NCBI GenBank assembly: GCA_947464415.1 | Contig: CANHWU010000001.1 | Span: 1-57,593, forward strand | Direction: 5' to 3' | Source: Flavobacteriales bacterium | GTDB taxonomy: Bacteria > Bacteroidota > Bacteroidia > Flavobacteriales_D > Sanyastnellaceae | DNA: 57,593 nucleotides | Program-made: the position numbers and the translations under genes | Notes under the pieces: model-generated | What the model was told of the DNA's origin: nothing | The model's database searches: none | What the model saw: only the letters and a program-made list of their open reading frames with translations | Part shown: positions 25,818-35,291 of the stretch, piece after piece | Numbering within the stretch: position 1 is the first letter of the stretch | Layout: every line of letters begins with the position of its first letter

Positions 25818-28817
25818 ATGATTGGACATAGTTATTTCTCTTTGCGATATGGGGTGTTGGCACCCAAGGCAGTATGCGAAACTTTCCGAGAGTTGGGTTT
25901 CCCGGTGGGAATGTTGGCAGATGTAAATGCTACTTCCGCTATTTGGGATGTTTGGCGATGGTCTAAAAAAGAGGAGTATCCTGTGTTGACGGGAGTGGAT
26001 GTAAAAAATGGAGTGCGAACCGTCTATGTGGCCATTCCTCATGGAGAAGCTGGTTGGTTGGAAGTGAATGAGTGGTTGAGTTATCATTTGCAATCCCAAC
26101 GGCCATTTCCGGAACGGGCGCCGGAATGGAGGCAAGTGACGGTGATATATCCCATAGAAACCATACGGGATTGGCCCATGGAAGTGATGAAGGAACATGA
26201 ATGGGTGGGAATAGGGCACTTGGATATTCATAAATGGCGCATTTCAAGATGGAATAAATATCCGCGCTGCATGGCTTGTCCCGTTTTTAGTTTTCGACAT
26301 CAAAGAGATTTTAATATTCACCGATTGCTGAGGGCAGTGGATAGCAATGCTCTGTTGAGTAAACTGTCTGTTTTGGATCATGCTGGAATGAATGAAAAAT
26401 TTATCTCATTTTCAGATCTGCAATTGGCATTTTCCGAGTATCCTGAGTTGTTAGAAAATACAACAAGAATTTTTCAAGAAAATTTCTTGCTTCAGCAGCA
26501 AACGGATTTGTCCAGTATGAAAAATCAGCAAGTGTATGGAACAGATGGGGAGACTGATTTTGCTTTGTTGAAGGATTTGTGCTGGGAGGGAATGTCCTAT
26601 CGATATCCCCATGAAGATTTGCAAAAAAAAGACTCGGTTATTGTCAGCCGGTTGCAAAAGGAATTGGAGTTGATCCGGGAGAAGTCATTCGTGGCTTATT
26701 TCCTGATCAATTGGGACATTACTTCCTACGCCAGAAGCAAAGGTTATTTTTATGTAGGAAGGGGCAGTGGAGCCAATAGCATTGTAGCCTATTTACTCAG
26801 AATTACAGATGTGGATCCCATTGAGTTGGATTTATATTTCGAAAGATTTATCAATCTATATCGCCAGAATCCTCCTGATTTTGATATAGATTTTTCTTGG
26901 ACTGACAGGGAGGATATGACTCAATACATATTTTCTCGATTTCGAAATGTAACTTTATTGGGCGCCTATAATACTTTTCAATATCGCGCTGCGGTGAGGG
27001 AAATTGGGAAGGTATTTGGTCTTCCAAAGGAGGACATTGATATGTTATCCGATGGAAAGTATCAGGTGAATCAGTTAGATGAGTTGCAGCAATTGACTTT
27101 GCGGTATGCAGGATTGATTCAAGATTTTCCCAATGCGCTGGCCATTCATGCCGCTGGAATTTTGATTACACAAAAATCCATTCATCATTATACAGCCACT
27201 TTTTTACCTCCCAAGGGATTTCCGACCACGCAATTTGATATGCTCGTGGCGGAGGATATTGGGATTTACAAGTTTGATATTTTGTCCCAACGAGGATTGG
27301 GTAAAATCAAAGAATGCATGGAGATTATCGGTTATAATCAGCCTCATCGATTGACTTTTGATATTCATCATATTGCTTTGTTTAAAAGGGATGAAGCCGT
27401 GAAAAACTTGATCCGATCGGCGCAGGCCATCGGATGTTTTTATGTGGAATCACCGGCCATGCGTATGTTATTAACGAAGCTGCAGGTGGATGATTATTTG
27501 GGATTAGTAGCAGCGAGTTCTGTTATTCGACCCGGTGTTTCAAAAAGTGGCATGATGCGGGAGTTTATCTTGCGTCAACGCTTTCCTGAAAGAAGAAAAA
27601 CCGCTCATCCCGTTTTATTGGAGATCATGCCAGAGACCTATGGGGTGATGGTGTATCAAGAGGATGTGATCAAAGTAGCGCACTTTTTTGGTGGTTTGAG
27701 TTTGGCAGAGGCCGATGCTTTGAGAAGAGGCATGAGTGGGAAGTTTAGAGGAAGGGAGGAGTTTGAAAAAGCCAGGGATTCATTTATTGAGAATGCATTG
27801 TCCAAAGGAAATGAACTGTCGGATATTATTGAGATTTGGCGCCAGATCGAGAGTTTTGCTGGCTATGCATTTGCAAAAGGTCATTCTGCTTCCTATGCCG
27901 TGGAGAGTTTTCAAAGTTTGTATCTCAAAGCTTATTTTCCGTTGGAATATATGGTGGCCACCATCAATAACGGAGGAGGATTTTATTCCGTGGAATTTTA
28001 TGTACAAGAGGCCAGAAGAAATGGTGGAATCATTGAAGCACCTTGTTTACAGAATAGCAGCGCAGAAACTGTTATTCGCGATAAGGTGATTTATTTGGGA
28101 TTAGGAATGATACGAGACTTGGAGCATCCTGTCATTGAAAGGATTCTTCAGTCCAAGAGGCAGGAAGGTGATTTTACAGATTGGGATGATTTTTTGGAGC
28201 GCGTGAGCATTGGTTTAGAGCAATGCGTTTTGTTGATCAGAATCGGTGCTTTTCGATTTACAGGGTTCAATAAAAAGGAATTATTATGGAAAGCGCAGTT
28301 GCATTTTATGCAAACTCGGAACGCCATTTCTTCCTCTCTTTTTGGAGTGGAGAAGAAGCATTTTCAGATTCCAGATTTACCGCATTATGCATTGGAGGAC
28401 GCCTATGACGAGATGGAGATTTTGGGATTTCCTCTGTGTTCTCCTTTTGATTTGATAGAAGAGGCTCAGAGGAATTTCATTGATGCAGAAATGTTGCCAC
28501 AGCAATTGGGAAAGGTGGTACAAGGTATTGTGTATTTTATTACATGTAAACCCACGCGCACAAGCAAAGGGGAGCGTATGTATTTTGGAAATTTTTTAGA
28601 TGTCAAAGGAGGGTTTGTGGATACGGCTCATTTTCCGATTCCTCAAAAACGAAACATGGATTGGCGAGGACAAGGGGTATATTGGATCAAGGGAAAGGTA
28701 ATGGAGGAATTTGGAGCCTGGAGCATAGAGGTGGACGAGATGAGAAAATTGGCCTATATGGACGATCCGCGATACAGTGAATTAAGAGCTGCAGAAAAAT
28801 CGAGATTGAAAAAGTGA
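25818..28817 (+). CDS. dnaE2: Error-prone DnaE2-type DNA polymerase III alpha-subunit homologue
   Basis: 999 aa. Degenerate PHP N-terminus (MIGHSYFSLRYGV; LADVN). Palm motifs GRGSGANSIVAYLLRITDVDP and PDFDIDF. Finger region AIGCFYVESPAMR and VIRPGV. YQEDV, HhH-like LSLAEADALRRGMSGK, and an OB-like C-terminus. Confidence 0.85.
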   Translation: MIGHSYFSLRYGVLAPKAVCETFRELGFPVGMLADVNATSAIWDVWRWSKKEEYPVLTGVDVKNGVRTVYVAIPHGEAGWLEVNEWLSYHLQSQRPFPERAPEWRQVTVIYPIETIRDWPMEVMKEHEWVGIGHLDIHKWRISRWNKYPRCMACPVFSFRHQRDFNIHRLLRAVDSNALLSKLSVLDHAGMNEKFISFSDLQLAFSEYPELLENTTRIFQENFLLQQQTDLSSMKNQQVYGTDGETDFALLKDLCWEGMSYRYPHEDLQKKDSVIVSRLQKELELIREKSFVAYFLINWDITSYARSKGYFYVGRGSGANSIVAYLLRITDVDPIELDLYFERFINLYRQNPPDFDIDFSWTDREDMTQYIFSRFRNVTLLGAYNTFQYRAAVREIGKVFGLPKEDIDMLSDGKYQVNQLDELQQLTLRYAGLIQDFPNALAIHAAGILITQKSIHHYTATFLPPKGFPTTQFDMLVAEDIGIYKFDILSQRGLGKIKECMEIIGYNQPHRLTFDIHHIALFKRDEAVKNLIRSAQAIGCFYVESPAMRMLLTKLQVDDYLGLVAASSVIRPGVSKSGMMREFILRQRFPERRKTAHPVLLEIMPETYGVMVYQEDVIKVAHFFGGLSLAEADALRRGMSGKFRGREEFEKARDSFIENALSKGNELSDIIEIWRQIESFAGYAFAKGHSASYAVESFQSLYLKAYFPLEYMVATINNGGGFYSVEFYVQEARRNGGIIEAPCLQNSSAETVIRDKVIYLGLGMIRDLEHPVIERILQSKRQEGDFTDWDDFLERVSIGLEQCVLLIRIGAFRFTGFNKKELLWKAQLHFMQTRNAISSSLFGVEKKHFQIPDLPHYALEDAYDEMEILGFPLCSPFDLIEEAQRNFIDAEMLPQQLGKVVQGIVYFITCKPTRTSKGERMYFGNFLDVKGGFVDTAHFPIPQKRNMDWRGQGVYWIKGKVMEEFGAWSIEVDEMRKLAYMDDPRYSELRAAEKSRLKK

Positions 28818-28836
28818 TTTTATTTATCTTGCCGCT

Positions 28837-31167
28837 ATGAATGTGAAGCGGAGAGGTATTGTTTGGGTCCTTTTGATGTTTGTATGTGCTCCTTTTATTG
28901 CGCAAGAGTCTGCTCGGCTTTGTGTAATAGACGAGGAGCGTTTGTCGGCTCTTCCAGGTGTACTCATTTACTGCAATGATAAGCCTGTGGGAGTGTCAAA
29001 TGTGGAAGGGTGTTGGAATAAAAGTATGGGACAACCACAAGATCAATGGCGATTGAAGATGATGGGATTTGTGGATACGGTATTTTTTTGGAAAGAGGCT
29101 GTGGATTTGACAATTAAAATGCGACCTCGGGATTTGGAATCCTCCACACTTACCATCAGTACCCATTTATACGGGAGGCCATTGCAGGAAAATACGCAGT
29201 CCATTGAAAGCATTGATGGTAGGGATATTATCCGAAAGCGAAATGTGGATGCAGCTGCGGCACTAGAGCGTGTTCCAGGTGTTACCATCATCGATGGTCA
29301 GGCGAGTTTTAGAGGGGGTAGTGGTTATTCTTACGGTGCGGGATCGCGAGTGATGTTGGTGATTGATGACATGCCTTTATTGACGGCAGACAGAAATGAT
29401 ATCAAGTGGAATTATGTAGCCACAGAAATGATTGATAAGATGGAGGTGGTAAAGGGAGCCTCTTCCGTGCAATATGGATCCTCTGCGCTCAATGGGGTAG
29501 TGCATGTCAGAACCATGGCGCCTCGTGAGAAGCCGCATCTGATGTTTCAAACTTATACTACCAGTTTTTCAAAGCCTTCCGTAGAGGGTGCTACTTGGTG
29601 GAATCAAGAAGATACCCCTAATCCGCGACAAGGGGGGATGTTGCTTCCTACTCAAAGTAATTTTCCTTATCAAGCAGGTTATTTGATTCGATATGGCCAG
29701 CGCACGGGCAATATTCTATGGATTGTGGGAGGTAGTTTGCATCAATCACGGGGTTGGATCAAAAAGGAAAAGGAGAATCGGATGCGGTGGACACTCAAGA
29801 CTACTTATGTTTTTCCAAAAAATTCCCGGTGGAGGTTGGGCTTGAATGCGCAAGTGATGCGTCAAAATCAAAGCTCTGTATTGTTTTGGGCCAATGATAC
29901 TACGGGTGCATTTTTGCCCAATGGGGATGGCGTTGTAGTAAATTACAACGACTTATGGATGAATATCGATCCTTGGACTTCCTATTACGATAAGTTTGGC
30001 AATCATCACCAACTCAAAACACGCTTTTATGCCTCGTATTTTCCAAGTACCAGGAGTTTCAGACCGGGCCTTCATTTGCGTCACGGAACCTATTCATTTC
30101 ACAGGAAAACGAGTTTTGGTTTAGATTGGATTACGGGTGTAAATGCCAATTATTTTGCCTTTGGAGATGCTGCTTTTGGAGGACGGCATGTGGGGAATTT
30201 TATTGGTGCGTTCACACAAGCGGATTGGTCATGGCGCAATTGGCACTTCTCAGGTGGAGCCCGTATGGAGTCGTTTCAGGTGGATAGTATCAAAGTAAAA
30301 GCCATTCCAGTGGGTAGGTTGGGATTGACCTATTCTATCAATGAGCATCATATTTTAAGAGCATCTTATGTGGAGGGATTCAGATTTCCTTCTCCTGCGG
30401 AGCGTTATGTTAGATACACCATTGATCAGATAAATATTTACGCCAATCCTGATGTAGCTCCAGAGCGGGGATGGAATGTGGATCTCGGTTATAAGGGCAT
30501 TTATGAAAAAGATCAGTTCCAGGCTACCTGGGATGCGGTATTGTTCTTGACTCGATACCGTGATTTGATTGAATTTACTTTTGGTAGATGGGGATTGCCA
30601 ACAGATCCGATGTTTGGTTTAGGATACAAAAGTGTGAATGTCAGTAACGCTCAAGTGGGAGGAGTAGAACTCAGTGGTAATGCCAATGGTAAAATTCATG
30701 GTTGGGAAATTCATGGATTGATGGGGTACACCTATTTACTTCCTGTTGATTTGGGAGTATATCCAGGAGGAAATAATCTCCTTCATTACGCAAGTGATTT
30801 GGTAACGGAATTTAGCAGCAAAGATTCTGCGGATTATTTGTTGCGATACCGCTTCAAGCATATGGTCAAGGCCAATGTGGATATTCAAAAGGGGAAATGG
30901 GGAGTGGGAGTGGGGTATCGATATTACAGTTTCATGCAAAAAATAGATCCTGTACTAGAGTGGTTTGTTGACGGATTGGCTCATTATCGTCAGACACAGA
31001 CACATGGAACGAATATTTGGGATGCTCGTTTTTTTTATCAGGCTACAGACAAGATGAGTGCTAGTGTGCAGGTACAAAATGTGTTTAATGCCTTTTATGC
31101 AACCAGGCCCGCCAAACCAGATGCCCCGCGAAATATATCGTTGCAATTGACTTGGAGAATAGACTAG
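28837..31167 (+). CDS. TonB-dependent receptor
   Basis: 776 aa with a signal peptide. Plug motifs ALERVPGVTIIDG, GGSGYSYGAGSRVMLVIDDMPL and VVKGASSVQYGSSALNGVVHVRT, then a beta-barrel. Paralogue of 39735..42155. Confidence 0.85.
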   Translation: MNVKRRGIVWVLLMFVCAPFIAQESARLCVIDEERLSALPGVLIYCNDKPVGVSNVEGCWNKSMGQPQDQWRLKMMGFVDTVFFWKEAVDLTIKMRPRDLESSTLTISTHLYGRPLQENTQSIESIDGRDIIRKRNVDAAAALERVPGVTIIDGQASFRGGSGYSYGAGSRVMLVIDDMPLLTADRNDIKWNYVATEMIDKMEVVKGASSVQYGSSALNGVVHVRTMAPREKPHLMFQTYTTSFSKPSVEGATWWNQEDTPNPRQGGMLLPTQSNFPYQAGYLIRYGQRTGNILWIVGGSLHQSRGWIKKEKENRMRWTLKTTYVFPKNSRWRLGLNAQVMRQNQSSVLFWANDTTGAFLPNGDGVVVNYNDLWMNIDPWTSYYDKFGNHHQLKTRFYASYFPSTRSFRPGLHLRHGTYSFHRKTSFGLDWITGVNANYFAFGDAAFGGRHVGNFIGAFTQADWSWRNWHFSGGARMESFQVDSIKVKAIPVGRLGLTYSINEHHILRASYVEGFRFPSPAERYVRYTIDQINIYANPDVAPERGWNVDLGYKGIYEKDQFQATWDAVLFLTRYRDLIEFTFGRWGLPTDPMFGLGYKSVNVSNAQVGGVELSGNANGKIHGWEIHGLMGYTYLLPVDLGVYPGGNNLLHYASDLVTEFSSKDSADYLLRYRFKHMVKANVDIQKGKWGVGVGYRYYSFMQKIDPVLEWFVDGLAHYRQTQTHGTNIWDARFFYQATDKMSASVQVQNVFNAFYATRPAKPDAPRNISLQLTWRID

Positions 31168-31733
31168 GTTGATTGGGTATTGGCAAAATTCATAGCGCGT
31201 TCGATGCCCATAAAAGTGAAGTTGAGACAAGCTTCTTCTGCTTTTTTTAAGTGATTAAAGATATCTTTTAGTTCTTCCTCGCTCCATTGTCCCAGCACAT
31301 AGTCTACTTGCTTTCCTTTTGCAAATTGATTGCCCACACCAAACCTTAGGCGAGGATAGCCATCTGATTGCAAAATGTACTGAATATGCTTTAACCCATT
31401 GTGTCCACCATCGCTTCCTTTTGGACGTAAACGAATTTTGCCAAAGGGCAATGCCAAATCATCTGTGATCACCAATATATTTTCAATAGACACCTTTTCT
31501 TCTTGCATCCAATATCGCACCGCATTTCCGCTGAGATTCATGAAAGTGGAAGGTTTTATTAAAATGATGGTTTTACCTTTCACTTTAATTTCTGCACGAT
31601 CGGCATATCGTGAAGTTTGCCAAACTCCATTGTAGTGATCAGCCAATTGATTGACCACCTCAAACCCAATGTTGTGACGAGTATTGTTGTATTCCCATCC
31701 CACATTGCCCAAGCCAAAAAAAATAAACTTCAT
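31164..31733 (-). CDS. pth: Peptidyl-tRNA hydrolase
   Basis: 189 aa. Motifs GLGNVGWEYNNTRHNIGF, MNLSGNAV and GGHNGLK. Confidence 0.95.
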   Translation of the reverse strand: MKFIFFGLGNVGWEYNNTRHNIGFEVVNQLADHYNGVWQTSRYADRAEIKVKGKTIILIKPSTFMNLSGNAVRYWMQEEKVSIENILVITDDLALPFGKIRLRPKGSDGGHNGLKHIQYILQSDGYPRLRFGVGNQFAKGKQVDYVLGQWSEEELKDIFNHLKKAEEACLNFTFMGIERAMNFANTQST

Positions 31734-31764
31734 TTTATAAAGAGAATACCCGATTTCCCTCTTT

Positions 31765-34530
31765 TTATCTTACCACAAAACGGGTGATATCTGTTTTGTT
31801 TTCTGAATGGTTTACGCGCACTGTATAAATTCCAGCGGGAAGGGTTGCTGTTGGTATTTCACAGATAACGTTGTTGATGACAGTATTCAATACTGATTGT
31901 CCCGCATTATTAAAAATTTGAATGCGTTGCATGGTATTCCCCTCTGCAGATATGATCACAGAGTGAGGATGGTGTTGGACATTGAGTGAAAATGGAATTT
32001 CATCTTTTAGTATTTCTGGATCTGGACATTGTCCATTTGTACAATTTTGTAAAAGAAATGCGGTGCCGTGGAAGCTACCATTGAAGGGGATTCTTACTAG
32101 GTCACCGTTTTCAATTTTTTGATGATACCCAGGATTAACAAGGATATGTTCTTGTTCTCTTATGATATACACAGGCTGAGAGACAAGATAGTTGAGTAAT
32201 GTCCATTGATGATCTTCATCTAAATGATTAATTTTTACATAAGCATATTCAAAAGTCTCTTGATCATTGGATAAGTCCAGGTACACGGGAATCACGTTTT
32301 CATTTTCCAAGGATATGGAGGTTGACATCAACATGATTTTTTCTTCAGATAGAAGAGACAGATTGAATTTATTATTGGTGAGATCATACAAATCAATTAC
32401 ATCCATTCCTGCATCGAAATTGGGGCTGGAGGAAAGGTCATTCGAAATGGTAGAAACATCACGAAGTGAAAGTTGATTATCTAAAAGCTGGAGGTCTACG
32501 GCAGGTGCATACGATGATCGCTCAAATAATTTTGGATTACATCTATTGACTTTGGCATTTTCCGTAAAGGTTAAACTTTGATTGGTGGTAGAGGCATGTA
32601 CAAAAAAGCTTTGGCTGTGAGGAATGAATTTTCCAATACCATCCGGGTAGGACGTTGTACTATTGAATGCTCCATTGTTGGGGTTGTAAAAAAGATAATT
32701 GTTAGTTGCATAGTCAAAAACATAATACGCCCCAATATCCGAACTAGCCGCTTCAACGATATCCCAATTGATTTCGCTGGGATAAGGGTTGGCCAATAAA
32801 TTTCTTCCAAAAGATTCGATTTCACCAGAAGGAGTGTAAGTCATGGGGATATTTACGGTTCCTTTCATGAAAAATCCAGAAGGGTTGACCGTAAGAGCAG
32901 GTGAATTGGCATATACATTAAGCCCCAATTGAGGATTGATGACTCCTGTGCTCGGATTGATTACGGTAAATCCAACATTTGACCCTCCCACTAATGTTTC
33001 GTTATACCATTTAATGCTGTTAGAAGTCATGGTAATAGTGGGGTAGGTAATTCCATTGACAGTTGCTGATGACCAAGCAGCGTTGGGGCTAAGACCTGTT
33101 GTCAGAGCAGCATTGGAATACAAAGGACAAGATAAAAATAACCAGCTTGCTCGTGACTCTGAAGGGATGTATCGCTGCAGGGTAATGGGCCCCACGACAT
33201 CAGAGTTTGCACCAATACTTTGTATGGAACCAGAGCAGCTCGCATTCGATAACAGGGCTAAACTTCCTCCTGTTCCATTGGTAGTGAGGGTGCCCGCTGT
33301 GGGTATAACGGCAGCTGTGACAAAGACTGGAGCGTTGAGGGTAACACCAGCAGCATTGTTGATTTGAAGTTCCATGAACCGTGTTCCTGAAGAGCCTCCG
33401 ATTGTTTGAGCGTTCGTTCCACCCATGATGACACGACAACCTGCCGTACAACAAGTGGGGTCAAAATTACCATTGAAAGAAGCGGAGTTGTTGTTGTTGG
33501 TCCAATTTCCAGTGAGGGTGAGGGTTTGAGCAGTACTGCCTGCTGTGAGGGTCCCACCAGCATTTAAAGTTACATTAGCCAAGGCAAAGCTTCCGTCAAT
33601 AGTGATGTTGTGAGAAATTACTAACGAACTTGAGGAATTGAATATGGGAGTGGTGGGCGAACCGCCGTTGGTCAATGACCAAGTGTTGGCTCCGTTCAAA
33701 TTCCCGTTGTTGATGCTGTAATAGGTGGCGGCGGCCGCCACTTGGTTGAAACTAAAATTATCGAGGTACATGTTTCCTGCTAGCGTAGAAGATGCGGTAG
33801 CATTGGTGGGCCAACGGAGTGAAGCTCCCACAAACGAGCAGTTCGTATGAGTGTTATCGGTGACTGGATTGGTAATGACCTCATAGGTTCCATCATTATT
33901 GAAATCGGCATAAACCGTCCAAGCAGCGCTGGCGTTTCTGATGACTTTTATTCCAATGGTGTTATAGCCAGCTGTACTATTCCCATAATTGCCACCGTAA
34001 GAAGGGCCGGGAACGGTCACTAAATCCGAGGCTGCACTATTGGTAATCCGCATCAATTTGAGTGGTCGAGCAGAGGCGGTGCTTGAAACAGGATTAACAC
34101 CAATGGCATATCCATTGATTCCGTTGAGGCTGGGGACGGATATATCCACCACGTTCGATGTATTAGGCATTCTCATATTGGTACCATTGGCGGCAAGAAC
34201 AATCCAAAATTTTTGGCTAGCACTCACCCCTTTTCCAGAGGTTTTAAGCTTAAACTCCCATGTCGTAGTGGCACCGGAAAGGTTAGAAGTGGCGGCGGGT
34301 ATGGCTCTTGATACATTGGAGAAATTTGTACTCCCAGAAGTAGTCCCCGTGCCATTATGTTTCAATGACTTTGTTCCTTCTATGGGCGTTGTAGTGGAAG
34401 CGGTCCACTCCCCATTCACCCCGGCAGTCCAAGCGTTTACACTTTCAAAATCATCCAATATTTGTCCAAATGTCAATGTGGAAATTAATACTGTACAGAT
34501 CAAGGAAATCAATTGAGGTAATGCTCTCAT
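31765..34530 (-). CDS. Large secreted T9SS cargo protein of unknown function
   Basis: 921 aa with a signal peptide. Thr/Asn/Ser/Gly-rich beta-type sequence and an N-terminal concanavalin/LamG-like feel (ILDDFESVNAWTAG...). C-terminal CTD is IQIFNNAGQSVL...AGIYTVRVNHSENKTDITRFVVR. Confidence 0.7.
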   Translation of the reverse strand: MRALPQLISLICTVLISTLTFGQILDDFESVNAWTAGVNGEWTASTTTPIEGTKSLKHNGTGTTSGSTNFSNVSRAIPAATSNLSGATTTWEFKLKTSGKGVSASQKFWIVLAANGTNMRMPNTSNVVDISVPSLNGINGYAIGVNPVSSTASARPLKLMRITNSAASDLVTVPGPSYGGNYGNSTAGYNTIGIKVIRNASAAWTVYADFNNDGTYEVITNPVTDNTHTNCSFVGASLRWPTNATASSTLAGNMYLDNFSFNQVAAAATYYSINNGNLNGANTWSLTNGGSPTTPIFNSSSSLVISHNITIDGSFALANVTLNAGGTLTAGSTAQTLTLTGNWTNNNNSASFNGNFDPTCCTAGCRVIMGGTNAQTIGGSSGTRFMELQINNAAGVTLNAPVFVTAAVIPTAGTLTTNGTGGSLALLSNASCSGSIQSIGANSDVVGPITLQRYIPSESRASWLFLSCPLYSNAALTTGLSPNAAWSSATVNGITYPTITMTSNSIKWYNETLVGGSNVGFTVINPSTGVINPQLGLNVYANSPALTVNPSGFFMKGTVNIPMTYTPSGEIESFGRNLLANPYPSEINWDIVEAASSDIGAYYVFDYATNNYLFYNPNNGAFNSTTSYPDGIGKFIPHSQSFFVHASTTNQSLTFTENAKVNRCNPKLFERSSYAPAVDLQLLDNQLSLRDVSTISNDLSSSPNFDAGMDVIDLYDLTNNKFNLSLLSEEKIMLMSTSISLENENVIPVYLDLSNDQETFEYAYVKINHLDEDHQWTLLNYLVSQPVYIIREQEHILVNPGYHQKIENGDLVRIPFNGSFHGTAFLLQNCTNGQCPDPEILKDEIPFSLNVQHHPHSVIISAEGNTMQRIQIFNNAGQSVLNTVINNVICEIPTATLPAGIYTVRVNHSENKTDITRFVVR

Positions 34531-34535
34531 AAAGA

Positions 34536-34543
34536 TACTTTTG
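34536..34543 (+). promoter_or_regulatory. Candidate -7 promoter box (TACTTTTG) for ispD
   Basis: Exact TAnnTTTG match 74 nt upstream of ATG 34617, in a divergent intergenic region. Confidence 0.3.
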
Positions 34544-34616
34544 CGCTAATATACGGGAAAAAACGTAAAGTGTTTCAGTCAAATTTGATGGTAATTTAGT
34601 TTCCTTTGTGGAAAGA

Positions 34617-35288
34617 ATGGTTGGAGTAAAAAAGTTAGCGGTCATTGTGGCGGCGGGAAAAGGTTCAAGGCTCGGAGAATCTTTGCCGAAGCAATTCCTA
34701 ATGCTTTCGGGTAAACCTGTGTTGCATTGGACAATTCAACGCTTTTATGAGGCAGGGTCAGAGGTGACCGTTGTGCTGCATTCGTCCATGTTGGAGTTTT
34801 GGCAACAATTGGCCGTGCAAAATGATACACCCCCTCACAAGTGCATTGTTGGCGGAGAAGAGCGATTTCATTCTGTTAAAAATGCAGTAAATGCGATAGA
34901 AGACCAATTGGGAGTGGTGGCCATTCACGATGCCGCTCGTCCCAATATTTCTTCGGCGCTAATTGATCTTTTATTTGAAAATGCACAGCAATATCAATCA
35001 GCTATACCATACACTTTGCCCGCGGATACTGTCCGAATAAGGAGAGAGGAAGATACTCAATTGTTGGAGCGATCGGAAGTGATGATGATCCAGACTCCAC
35101 AATGTTTTTGGCTGGCTGATTTGAAAGAGGCCTATCAACAAGATTATCGGAAATCCTTTACGGATGACGCAACTGTTATGGAGGACTATTTAACTGCTCC
35201 CCTGCATTTTGTGGAAGGGGAAAAACTGAATTTTAAAATTACCCATCCATCGGATTGGGAAATCATGCAAAAAATATTTAAGCCTTAG
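34617..35288 (+). CDS. ispD: 2-C-methyl-D-erythritol 4-phosphate cytidylyltransferase
   Basis: Motifs VIVAAGKGSRLG, HDAARP and QTPQ.F. The first ATG is 34617; the ORF opens at GTG 34608. Confidence 0.9.
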   Translation: MVGVKKLAVIVAAGKGSRLGESLPKQFLMLSGKPVLHWTIQRFYEAGSEVTVVLHSSMLEFWQQLAVQNDTPPHKCIVGGEERFHSVKNAVNAIEDQLGVVAIHDAARPNISSALIDLLFENAQQYQSAIPYTLPADTVRIRREEDTQLLERSEVMMIQTPQCFWLADLKEAYQQDYRKSFTDDATVMEDYLTAPLHFVEGEKLNFKITHPSDWEIMQKIFKP

Positions 35289-35291
35289 ATT

